A DNA stretch of 64,000 nt, taken from the IMG/VR virus record IMGVR_UViG_3300027816_000056. One strand, 5' to 3'. Shown here one piece after another: positions 30,601 to 39,293 of this stretch; the stretch's first letter is position 1; each line of letters opens with the position of its first letter. The position numbers and the translations under genes were made by a program. Below the pieces are notes generated by a model, which worked only from the letters and a program-made list of their open reading frames with translations, did not search any database and had not been told where the DNA came from. The stretch comes from a virus.

Positions 30601-31978
30601 CATCTATATATAAAGCAGAATATCCTGCAGGTGCGTTTGTTAGTGTTAAAAATGATACTTCATTATTAATACCCATCTTAATCAAGTGCTGATTAGATGA
30701 GCTTGGGAATATTTGAGTAGTTTGAATACTACTACCAACAATACTAACGTACGGTTTGCCGGTTAGATCAATTTCTTTTTCTGTGTATCGACCCGGGCCA
30801 ACTTCAATTACATATCGATTAGTATCTGATGAGTCTGTGATATATGCAACAGATGCACTAATGCTAGTAAAGTCAGCTCCTTTTGTTCCTACCGTAATTC
30901 TTCTAGGATCTTGTCCTACTTCATAAAGTGATGAGCTTAGTGATATTTGTGTTTTTAAGAAGTTATCCGTACCTTGTACTTTACCAGTAGATCCAGAGTG
31001 TTCAATTGCAACATCAGTCGTACAGTTTTCAAAGTTAAGTGCAATTGCATCTATGGATGGACCAGATCCTGTCTGAGGTGCCCAAATACCTTTATCCCAA
31101 CGTTGAAAGTTAACACCCGTTAGACGTAGGTTACCTCCATTATATACTTTAAATCCAGTACCTAGAGCTGATCCTGCTGCTCTTGTTAGCAAACATCCAT
31201 TAACAATAAATGCACAATTAGGAGCATCGGATAAAGCAAATATTTGATTATTGTCAGATCCTGCTACACCTCCGTTAGTAGAAGTTACATTACGAAGCTG
31301 CATTCTACCAATACCAGCACTGCCGGTTCTTGTTACATGAAATCCTACGTCGAATGATTTATTGAGTTCGGTAAATCCGCCATATTTGACATTGGAACAC
31401 TGTAATATACAGTTACCATTACTTCCAGTACCAATAACTTTAGCGTTGGTATAGTTAGTACCAAATCTTACATTTTCAACATATGCAATTGCATTTGTTT
31501 GAGGTGTTGTAGGAGATGAATAAATAATAGCAGAAGCTGACGGGGCTGTAGATCCTTGTATTTGCATATCAATGATCATTGATTGATCACTCATTATAAA
31601 AATACTTGCACTAGGATTAGATGCAGATACTACGGTTGAAATTGAACTATCTCCTTTTACGGCAACATAAGAAGGTACAGTTATTGTATCTTCTATATAG
31701 ATACCAGGAAATACTTGCACCGTATACGTATTAGTTGCCGTTGCATCGACTATACTATCAACTGCAGATTTTATTGAAAAGTAATCTGTCTCACTACCCG
31801 GTAAACCTACTGTTACTAGATTATCAACGTACGTTGTTATACCTGTAAGTCCTGATCCATCACCAAAAAATGATCCAGAAAAAGATCCTGTTACTCCGTT
31901 ACTTACGTTAAGTGATCCTGTTACCTCAGAGTTTCCTTCAGAACGGAAACCGTTTTTTATGCGAAATTCATTTGCCAC
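27602..31978 (-). CDS. Long tail fibre/spike with two beta-helix-like domains and YadA-head (SHAEG) repeats
   Basis: Two VTVG..G.D..SI..AV/SV...Y...V.PG.Y.E caps; about 11 HAEG/HTEG 14-aa repeats; GTG start with SD. Confidence 0.75.
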   Translation of the reverse strand: MANEFRIKNGFRSEGNSEVTGSLNVSNGVTGSFSGSFFGDGSGLTGITTYVDNLVTVGLPGSETDYFSIKSAVDSIVDATATNTYTVQVFPGIYIEDTITVPSYVAVKGDSSISTVVSASNPSASIFIMSDQSMIIDMQIQGSTAPSASAIIYSSPTTPQTNAIAYVENVRFGTNYTNAKVIGTGSNGNCILQCSNVKYGGFTELNKSFDVGFHVTRTGSAGIGRMQLRNVTSTNGGVAGSDNNQIFALSDAPNCAFIVNGCLLTRAAGSALGTGFKVYNGGNLRLTGVNFQRWDKGIWAPQTGSGPSIDAIALNFENCTTDVAIEHSGSTGKVQGTDNFLKTQISLSSSLYEVGQDPRRITVGTKGADFTSISASVAYITDSSDTNRYVIEVGPGRYTEKEIDLTGKPYVSIVGSSIQTTQIFPSSSNQHLIKMGINNEVSFLTLTNAPAGYSALYIDDIGDFAQAHKVSFYDCDMCVTVISRTQDTKFYGEYLDYNGVYSTGSFVSSSNGYQALASLENYYQFPIGATGLIANYAVGGVAEMDIYAAGLIGEGDATSVAIQLENGADLQGLGMDMPGWGSAVYIPNLANSSSFNIVGSMIHDSVNYDFEILHPSASCRFQGTADHSKITNASQNFFWTFLDETDGELDITRKLSVTFADGTHTDASTLIFEGSPMGVMSGGNITISGSLTITTAAGYGYLHNMGTEVFQRIDWADTNLTLSPNTDNYIFIDETATLTANAIQPPSAHNIILGRVVTNDTGIELVDNSPYFAAHMSNALSKFNRNALGPVFAQGCIVSEDITPRQLDVTAGLYYFGENEYDPTGGSAIAFTQYYQSGSGAFGWNKSSQTLVPNNVYNSGSALVAMSASYYTKHSLYTVGRGPDEEYFLVINPSQYATLVEAENAGLPAPPTYFSDGVVALASIYVQSGSANITQIQDIRPIIGFRAAGVNASSVHGNLLGLNADDHQQYLLVNGTRAMSGNLNMGGYNVTNATSISSTFTGSLQGTASWAVNATNSTTASYVAAAGNNNEIQYNKAGSFAATASFSFIHTSQSLQHGETTVASGLYSHAEGYITTAVGNYSHTEGSVTSTGGTNGYLATSVTAGTASLSASYGDIAFYFANGSYLYLDDTLYDYSYGTTAVVIDSASFDGASTLIFLQDPSITTTTAVVGDLDNAPVSWIGDQPYAAQHAHAEGTNSTALGQYSHAEGNSVFSIGLSSHAEGRGSCAAGNYSHAEGLNTRALGTYSHAEGRDTTTIGEASHAEGFSTRTIGLYSHAEGQSTIALGDYSHAEGLGTIASGSGQLVIGQYNQHGNTTSLFVIGAGANDSTRADVFRVSTTTVDVLGNLSVTSGITGSLQGTASFATSASYAATASYVNGMVVKSGVAKGNSFSGTPLIYTVTFATQFPGTYTVTVTGGDARSWTVQDVGPAGFKINSNSSVAITNDVFWQAIRTGEFNM

Positions 31979-32019
31979 GTCTTTTCCCTATCCAAGCCTG
32001 GTTTAGAATAAATATATAT

Positions 32020-35000
32020 TTAGAAACTTCTTATTATAGTTTTAATTGTCCATCCGGATGTTGCAGCAGACGATGTTAATGCCATATCTCCCCCAATTAC
32101 AAATACACCTAATGCTAAATCTGTAGTTGTTCCAAAATCCGTAGTTGTAGTTTCTGTAAAGTTTACATGTGATCCAGACCATATAGATGTTATTTGTCCC
32201 GCACGTGCATTACTTCCTGATCTAGCAGAGTACTCAAACCAAGCTCCATCATATGATGCCGTTGGCAGTGCGTATATTGTTGTAGCTCCGGCATTTGTAG
32301 TTACCCATACTGCTGTGCTTAAGAAGTTATTTATTATTAGTGATCCGGTAATCTGTGCCGATCCTGTGTATGGGAATGTTGTATCTGGTGCATAAGATGC
32401 ACTTAGTGCTTGAGATGCATATGAAGAGCTTAAAGTATATGATGCTGTAGTAGCATTAGTTGCCCAAGATGCTGTACCATATAATGAACCAGTAATGGAA
32501 GATGCATTAACAAACGATGCTGTTAAACTCTGCGCATTTATACCTTCACTAGCATTTAGAGATCCTGATAAGGAATAACTACCACTTAATGTTTTTGTAT
32601 TAAACCAATAGGTGCTATCATACATTAATAGATCACCGTATGTAGGAGTAGTTAGAGTTACATCCGTTAGTGCATCTAAAGTTGAATTACCTACACCCCC
32701 ACCAATAATGTTACCAGAACTTCTAAATAATCCAGCTTCCCTAAATTCGTAGGATGCAGGTACTGTAAAATCAGCATTTTTCCTCAACAACATGACTCCT
32801 ATAAAGAGAGCGCTTGCTGCCGTATTTGGTGCTTCTGAGAACGCTTCTGTTGGTATAGCGGCTAGTGCATCTTCTTTATTTGCATACTCATCATTTCCGT
32901 AGTAAACAAACAACGCCTTTGTTGCACTATTAGGAAAATAAAACACTCTTTGTATAGTCCAATGGTTTGTAGATACTGTTGTTAAGGTTCCGTTTAGTGA
33001 ATATTTTGAAGGATCGATTACTGGATATCCTACTCCTCCATTAGTATCATAAACCCAACTAGATCCTGATTGGTAGTATCGGAAAATCTTAGAAGTAGTA
33101 ATACCAGTTGCTTCTGTAATATAGCTTGGAGCATTTGGATCTACTGTATAGTTTCGGCCGTCAACAAACGATACACCGCCGGCTAAAAATAAACTTCCGG
33201 TTGATGATCCACTTGGTGATAACGTATATCCAGATATTTTTAACGGACCAAATGCTTTAATAAAATCAAAAGATCTTTGTTTCCATCCATATGCTACACC
33301 TGGGAAAGTTTGAACTCCATTTATTGAAGAACGATTTTGGTGCAGAACAATACCAATTGGAATAAAATTGTTATAATCACCATCAATATATGGTGTTCCT
33401 TGTGCTTTAATTACTGCAGTACCTGCTGATGAAGATATAGCTACAAATTGTTGATCAAATGATCCACTTAAAGCACTAATACTACTAGTTAAATTTTCCC
33501 AGTTTAAATACTCTACTACTGGGTATGGGTCATTGTTAAATGAACTATTAAGATTTACTACAATACCACTACCACTTGATATTTGATATGTAGTAGAGTT
33601 TACTTGTGATATTATACCACCATGTAATAAACCTGTATATAGATTACCTTCTAACCAACGTAAACGAGTTACATTATTATAACCTGCCCCATTTTGGCTA
33701 AAGTATAAATCTTGGGTTGATCCAGAGACGTAAATATAGGAAGCTGATATATTAGAGTTTATATTAGAATTAACTGGATCAAAACGTAAATATCCATTTA
33801 AGTCTACATTACCAACAATGGATACAGATGCCGATCCAGCAGCAGGTGGATATTGTCCTTGTACTTGCAAACTACCAGATAAGATTGTATTACCTATTAA
33901 CGTGTTAGATCCGGTAGTAAGTAAACTTCCAGTTACAATTTGAGTACCAACAAAAGTATTAGTACCAGTAAATGTATTTGAACCAGTTGCATTTATTGAC
34001 CCGGTTATTTGTACTTCTTGTCGTAGTGGATTAACATATGATGCAGTTAGTGCATAGGATGATGTAGTTGCATTAAATGCATAACTAGCAGATATAGCAT
34101 ATGATGCCGTTGTTGCGTATGATGATGTTATTGCATATGATGAACTTAGTGCCGATCTAGCATAACTAGCAGTACCGGCAACTGAACCAGAAAACCATGC
34201 GGATGCTGTAGAATTCCAATTTAATACGTGATCTAAACCATTACTAGCTACTAATTCTCGATTTTCCCAATCAATACTAACACGATTACCTGTTGAAATT
34301 AATTCTTTTGTATTCCAATCTGCGGAAATACTAATTCCATCAGTATCTATTAACTGTCTACTAGTCCAATTTAAACTATCGGTATTTGTTCCAGAATAAG
34401 GATTTTTTAAAATACCAGAGTTCCAATCGATTGATACTAATGAATACACACTAATTAACTGTCTATTAGTCCAATCGATTGACACAGCTGGTGCACCACC
34501 GCCTATTCCGAATAAATCATATGTTTTACCTTCAAACCAATCTAAACTTTTAACATAAGGTGTACCCGAACCAGGATCAGGAGTTCTCCAAAGTTGATTA
34601 AATGCCCAATCTACAATAAGGTATGAAGAACCGGCATAATCAGGTATACTTAAACCATGTCCGATCCAATCAACTGTAGCTATATCTGCTACCCCATCAT
34701 TATATAATAGCTGTCTATTAGCCCAGTCAACTGATTTAGTATTGTTTTGATCTTTTAATATTTTAGTATTTGTATCTAATATTGTATATGTACCATCATT
34801 AACAAACAAAGATCCGGTAAATTGATGTGTATCATCTGAGGTATTACCAAATTTAGTTGAACCGGATGTAAATATTACGGATGATGTTTCATATGTAGTA
34901 TATAATAAAGAAACTGATGCTGTTCCGTTAACCGTAATATTACCATTAATGGTTTGATTTCCTATGAACGTGTTTGAACCTGTTGTTGCAAATGATCCAG

Positions 35001-35199
35001 ATTTTGCTACAAATATAGGATCAGTCTCAACAAAATAAGATGATGTTGCTGCCGTTGTAGCAAAACTAGAACTCAATGCTTGAGTTGCATATGATGCGGT
35101 AACAGCAATTTGTGCGTAAGAGGCAGTTAGGGCAAAACTAGAAGAAATATTATATAAAGAACCTGTTTGTAATTGACCTGGTTTAAACTGTCTTGCCAT
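32020..35199 (-). CDS. Large tail fibre/structural protein
   Basis: Ser/Thr-rich, S.DW..R.L repeats, ASYA repeats; start placed at 35199 (TAATG overlap with upstream stop). Confidence 0.65.
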   Translation of the reverse strand: MARQFKPGQLQTGSLYNISSSFALTASYAQIAVTASYATQALSSSFATTAATSSYFVETDPIFVAKSGSFATTGSNTFIGNQTINGNITVNGTASVSLLYTTYETSSVIFTSGSTKFGNTSDDTHQFTGSLFVNDGTYTILDTNTKILKDQNNTKSVDWANRQLLYNDGVADIATVDWIGHGLSIPDYAGSSYLIVDWAFNQLWRTPDPGSGTPYVKSLDWFEGKTYDLFGIGGGAPAVSIDWTNRQLISVYSLVSIDWNSGILKNPYSGTNTDSLNWTSRQLIDTDGISISADWNTKELISTGNRVSIDWENRELVASNGLDHVLNWNSTASAWFSGSVAGTASYARSALSSSYAITSSYATTASYAISASYAFNATTSSYALTASYVNPLRQEVQITGSINATGSNTFTGTNTFVGTQIVTGSLLTTGSNTLIGNTILSGSLQVQGQYPPAAGSASVSIVGNVDLNGYLRFDPVNSNINSNISASYIYVSGSTQDLYFSQNGAGYNNVTRLRWLEGNLYTGLLHGGIISQVNSTTYQISSGSGIVVNLNSSFNNDPYPVVEYLNWENLTSSISALSGSFDQQFVAISSSAGTAVIKAQGTPYIDGDYNNFIPIGIVLHQNRSSINGVQTFPGVAYGWKQRSFDFIKAFGPLKISGYTLSPSGSSTGSLFLAGGVSFVDGRNYTVDPNAPSYITEATGITTSKIFRYYQSGSSWVYDTNGGVGYPVIDPSKYSLNGTLTTVSTNHWTIQRVFYFPNSATKALFVYYGNDEYANKEDALAAIPTEAFSEAPNTAASALFIGVMLLRKNADFTVPASYEFREAGLFRSSGNIIGGGVGNSTLDALTDVTLTTPTYGDLLMYDSTYWFNTKTLSGSYSLSGSLNASEGINAQSLTASFVNASSITGSLYGTASWATNATTASYTLSSSYASQALSASYAPDTTFPYTGSAQITGSLIINNFLSTAVWVTTNAGATTIYALPTASYDGAWFEYSARSGSNARAGQITSIWSGSHVNFTETTTTDFGTTTDLALGVFVIGGDMALTSSAATSGWTIKTIIRSF

Positions 35200-36425
35200 T
35201 ATGCCCACCTTCCATTTATAATTATCGTATCAGTGGAATCTATGGTATATCCTAGTATTGCTGTATCAAATACAATAGTTTGTGGGGCTGTCAATGTAGG
35301 TGTCCAGGTATATGCAACTTTGTCAATATACTGTCCATTAATGTATATGTTAAATTCATTTTTAGATGCTGCGGCAGTTGTTACTGGATTTAATCCTGCA
35401 CTTGCTGTTACAGTAACCGTAGTTGCGTTTAAATATGTGGCAATTTTATCCGATAAATTGGTAAGATACATCATTGTAGCTGCATCAATTGTTCCTGTAC
35501 CACCCCCGGCTGTTGAAACTTGTAGTGTAGCTCCACTAAATATTTGCTGAGATACTTGAAGCAATGCTACTGGTACGGTTGTCGTACTAAATATATCTCC
35601 ATCTAAATCTATAACCGTATCAAAGCTTATTTTTTTAATAGAATACATCTTTTTCAGGGTTGAAATACGGGCTTCTTGTTCTGACAGCAATGTACCTTTA
35701 ACTGTCAATGGAATTGTGGCTCGTACTAAACGATCTTCTCCAACCGTATTTACTGTTTCAAATGATGCTTGTCCAATAGCCGTTTCAAAACGATTTCCTT
35801 CATTTCCCCACAAAAATCTACCATATGGAAGTATTTGATCATACAATTCATTCATCTGTGTAGTAAAATCGCACCACAACATCATTTCATATTCAATATC
35901 TACGTATTTAGGAATATCAATAACATATATAGTTTCTGAAGGTTGTGGTTGTGTAGTTGGCAACGGAAATAATTCGTCTTCATATCGATTTCTAGAATTG
36001 TATTTATTTTTATATACATGTTGATTTCCAGATATCTGTCGATTAACATCTAATGTACGTGTACTATCTCGTTCCGTTGAACTATTTCGTTTCAACATGA
36101 TAAGTGGTGATTGAAGCATTCCTTTTTCATCACGTAAATATCCTAAACGACGTACATTATCCCATTTTTCTCCATTTGCAAAAATTACAGGAACTGTTAT
36201 CAATTGTTGATTAGATGTAATTTGAGGACGTATTTCATTGTCAATATACCATTTAATAGCAAAATCGATGTCATAAAGTGTACGTTTTGCGGATCGTATT
36301 ACGTCATCATCTCTTCTAGTTTGATATGCACGATTCAACAAAAGATCGTTACTTAATCCTTCTGTAGCAGCGGGATTCGGTTTATTAGTTTTACGATCTA
36401 TATTTTCTCTGTTAAATCTAGGCAT
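35199..36425 (-). CDS. Tail terminator/sheath stabiliser (gp15-like) with C-terminal extension
   Basis: Follows neck genes; DIDFAI, VPVIFANGEKW, P.YVDIEYE. Confidence 0.55.
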   Translation of the reverse strand: MPRFNRENIDRKTNKPNPAATEGLSNDLLLNRAYQTRRDDDVIRSAKRTLYDIDFAIKWYIDNEIRPQITSNQQLITVPVIFANGEKWDNVRRLGYLRDEKGMLQSPLIMLKRNSSTERDSTRTLDVNRQISGNQHVYKNKYNSRNRYEDELFPLPTTQPQPSETIYVIDIPKYVDIEYEMMLWCDFTTQMNELYDQILPYGRFLWGNEGNRFETAIGQASFETVNTVGEDRLVRATIPLTVKGTLLSEQEARISTLKKMYSIKKISFDTVIDLDGDIFSTTTVPVALLQVSQQIFSGATLQVSTAGGGTGTIDAATMMYLTNLSDKIATYLNATTVTVTASAGLNPVTTAAASKNEFNIYINGQYIDKVAYTWTPTLTAPQTIVFDTAILGYTIDSTDTIIINGRWA

Positions 36426-36427
36426 TG

Positions 36428-36946
36428 TTATTGTCCTTTATATGCAAAGTTATTGTCTCCGCCTCTACGTAAATTTTTAATAGCTTGTGGTGTTTGACGA
36501 GTTGCATGTGCATCGCAAATTACTGACACGCTATAACCATGTTCTGATCCGTTAGGCCATGTATCTGGATTTTTACCTACGAAGTATTGATTTGCATCTA
36601 CATTATCTAGTTCATAGTATTCATTATCCCAAAATATAATATCTCCTACTTCTGGATAAAAATCTGCACGTTCTAAAATATCTCGAGATATACTAAATTG
36701 AGCTGTTCTGGTATATGTATGACCGTAATCATCCATATTAGCAGTCTTGCTTTCTTTAGTTATTAAACATGGAATTAAAATAGAATCATAATATGATTTA
36801 GTTTCAGATTCACCGTAAATATTAGAATTGGTTGATTCTACAATTAATTTGAAAAATTCTATTTCAGTATCAACAATTGCATTTAATAATTCTGCGTTAA
36901 TAGAAGCTAAAAATCTAGCATCTCGTTTTCCCCCAAATAGTGCCAT
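36428..36946 (-). CDS. Neck/head-closure protein (gp14-like)
   Basis: NIYGE, YPEVGDIIFW...YYE; position after gp13-like gene. Confidence 0.65.
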   Translation of the reverse strand: MALFGGKRDARFLASINAELLNAIVDTEIEFFKLIVESTNSNIYGESETKSYYDSILIPCLITKESKTANMDDYGHTYTRTAQFSISRDILERADFYPEVGDIIFWDNEYYELDNVDANQYFVGKNPDTWPNGSEHGYSVSVICDAHATRQTPQAIKNLRRGGDNNFAYKGQ

Positions 36947-36955
36947 ATTTTACTC

Positions 36956-38200
36956 CTATCCAACATAAATTTTTAACGGAACCTTGCCGAGAATTTCGGT
37001 CATTTGAGTTGCTTCAGAATTTTGACGTGTTAACATTTGTTCTTTTGTCAATTTTTCCAAAAATTCTCTTAACTGTGTTATTAATGCTTCTTTTTCTGTT
37101 TGTCCTTGTGATACTAGATCCGATCCATTAAGTGTTACTTCTGAATTAGGAATTGGAATTGATGAATATTTACCACGTACATAACCTAACATTTCCTTTA
37201 CAGTTGCAACACCGTATTTAAATATCCAGGAACGCCCCATATCATTAATTGTACTGTATTTATGATTTGTATATGGTATATTAGATGCGTCACTTACAAC
37301 CCCCGTTAAAAGTGCTGTATTGCCGAATAAAATAGCCTGTTTGCTTTTTTCTTCTTCAAACAAATATTCAATCCATACTTTGCTATAAAATATTGATGAT
37401 GCCGATGATCCTGTACCTGATGTTGGAATTGGCCAAAATTTAATATCATCACCATGTATTTCAAATGAGTAATGTGACTTACGAACCTGATCATTAAATT
37501 CAATAGCTTGCAATCTCATTAAATCTGCATGAATCGGCATCATCATGAAACTAATAGAAGGAGAAAATCCTCCAAAATTAAATGCGTCTAGAAGTTGTTG
37601 AGATCCTAATCCAGTACCAACAAATGGATCGAAATATCTTACAATCGCTGGTGGTGGTGTATGCATTACTCTGCGAATTTCTATAGAACTTGTATTAGAT
37701 AATGAAATACCATCTTCAGCTAATGATGCAGATACTGCATTTCGAATGCTATACGTTTGTTGTCCGGGTGTTACGTTAATTGCAGCTTTACGCCATCTTA
37801 CATCACCTCCCGAATCAGCTTCAGTACCATATGCTTTAGATAGTTTAGTTATATATCCTAAAGACTGTCCAATATTTGTGCCAGTAAATGATCCATTATT
37901 TGCAGTTAAATAACTAGAACCAGTTTGAACTCCTAATGTATTAATTAAATTATTTACAATGTTAACTTGATTAATTTGATTAGAATATTCTAAAACTGCA
38001 GCTTCAAATGCCGTATAAAAATTTATATCTAAAAGTTCTACATCCATGATAGGATATCCAACATGTTGTGCTGCAAACTTTGCAAATCGATCTGCATGTT
38101 GTTGAAACATTGGATCTGTATCAAAAAAACCAAAAGGAGTAGAACCTGTTGTAAATGATGAACTTCCTGGCCAAATTGGTTTATTTGCACTATAATCCAC
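36956..38200 (-). CDS. Neck protein (gp13-like)
   Basis: GYPIMDVEL, KEMLGYVRGKY..IPIP..EVTLNG, P..IYVG; late motif at 38218-38227. Confidence 0.8.
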   Translation of the reverse strand: MDYSANKPIWPGSSSFTTGSTPFGFFDTDPMFQQHADRFAKFAAQHVGYPIMDVELLDINFYTAFEAAVLEYSNQINQVNIVNNLINTLGVQTGSSYLTANNGSFTGTNIGQSLGYITKLSKAYGTEADSGGDVRWRKAAINVTPGQQTYSIRNAVSASLAEDGISLSNTSSIEIRRVMHTPPPAIVRYFDPFVGTGLGSQQLLDAFNFGGFSPSISFMMMPIHADLMRLQAIEFNDQVRKSHYSFEIHGDDIKFWPIPTSGTGSSASSIFYSKVWIEYLFEEEKSKQAILFGNTALLTGVVSDASNIPYTNHKYSTINDMGRSWIFKYGVATVKEMLGYVRGKYSSIPIPNSEVTLNGSDLVSQGQTEKEALITQLREFLEKLTKEQMLTRQNSEATQMTEILGKVPLKIYVG

Positions 38201-38225
38201 GATGATTTCCTTTTATATATAAATA

Positions 38226-38891
38226 TCAATATTTTTCATTTAGAAGGTTTAAAATTTCTTCTAAAGCTTCATGTCTATGATTATCTGTTAAAATAATTTC
38301 ATTAACCCATTTAGATGGTTTTAATTTAGGTACTTCGTGAACTGCTGAATCATTACCGAATTTCAAATCAATTTGATATCTGTCTCCAGTTAATATCATT
38401 ATACTATCTTTACCTAATCTGGATAAAACCATTTGTAATTGTTGTTTAGTTAAATTTTGAAATTCATCCACAATACAAATTGCATTATCAAATGTTCGTC
38501 CTCGAAAATGTGCTAATGACACTAATTCAATATTTTCTTCTCGTTCCATTTTATCTAGAAGTTCTGGTTTATTGTACACTTTACGCATATTGCTTCGAAG
38601 CGGAACTAACCATGGATCCATTTTTTCTGCTAATGAACCAGGTAAAAATCCGTTATCTTCATTAGACACTGTAGGACGAGTTATTATAATTTTATTTATT
38701 CTGCGTTTAAAAAACATATCCAATGCAATTTGAACTGCTAACAATGTTTTACCAGAACCAGCTTTTCCTAATATAAAATTAAATGGAGTATGCAATATTA
38801 ATTCTTTTGCTCGTTTTTGTTCTTCTGATAATGTTATTGAATATTTAATATCAGTTTTTGGTGGAGTTTTCTCCTTGTTCGTTGTTGCCAT
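38226..38891 (-). CDS. phoH: PhoH-family ATPase
   Basis: GKAGSGKT, ITRP, GFLPG...EK, RGRTF, VDEFQN, SRLG, GD..QIDL. Confidence 0.95.
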   Translation of the reverse strand: MATTNKEKTPPKTDIKYSITLSEEQKRAKELILHTPFNFILGKAGSGKTLLAVQIALDMFFKRRINKIIITRPTVSNEDNGFLPGSLAEKMDPWLVPLRSNMRKVYNKPELLDKMEREENIELVSLAHFRGRTFDNAICIVDEFQNLTKQQLQMVLSRLGKDSIMILTGDRYQIDLKFGNDSAVHEVPKLKPSKWVNEIILTDNHRHEALEEILNLLNEKY

Positions 38892-38910
38892 AATAACCTT
38901 AAAATAACAA

Positions 38911-39186
38911 TTAAAATAATTTTGTAAGTGTTGATTCCCGAAGAGTCATGTCTTTAAGTGTTTCAATTTTACCTAAACACATTTTTCGAATTGCTTGAAA
39001 TGTTTGACGTGCCGGATATGGTGTCATAACTTTAAGTGTGATTAATTCTTTATCAGGTCCTAAATCTTGTTCAATGTGAACCATTAGTACTAATCGAATT
39101 GCGCGAATTCTATCTAATACATCTACGAGGCGACCATCATAGCGAATAATTGCTTGCATGGAATATTTGTTTCTAGGTACTGCCAT
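38911..39186 (-). CDS. Small hypothetical protein
   Basis: Start placed at 39186 (MAVPRNKY) because the longer ORF crosses a terminator and the late motif at 39201-39210. Confidence 0.65.
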   Translation of the reverse strand: MAVPRNKYSMQAIIRYDGRLVDVLDRIRAIRLVLMVHIEQDLGPDKELITLKVMTPYPARQTFQAIRKMCLGKIETLKDMTLRESTLTKLF

Positions 39187-39217
39187 ATTAGTTCTTTTAA
39201 TATAAATATCATACAGT

Positions 39218-39245
39218 AAAAAAGGGATGACCGAAGCCACCCCTC
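39218..39245 (-). terminator. Intrinsic terminator after major capsid gene
   Basis: AGGGGTGGC-TTCG-GTCATCCCT-TTTTT (UUCG tetraloop). Confidence 0.9.
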
Positions 39246-39293
39246 TTTCTTAATCATTCTTTAATTCTTTAAGTCAATTTATTCAATTAACTA

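Noticed and set aside
23331-35199. Diversity-generating retroelement or invertible tail cassette
   Set aside because: No reverse transcriptase, recombinase, inverted repeats or adenine-specific TR/VR pair seen.
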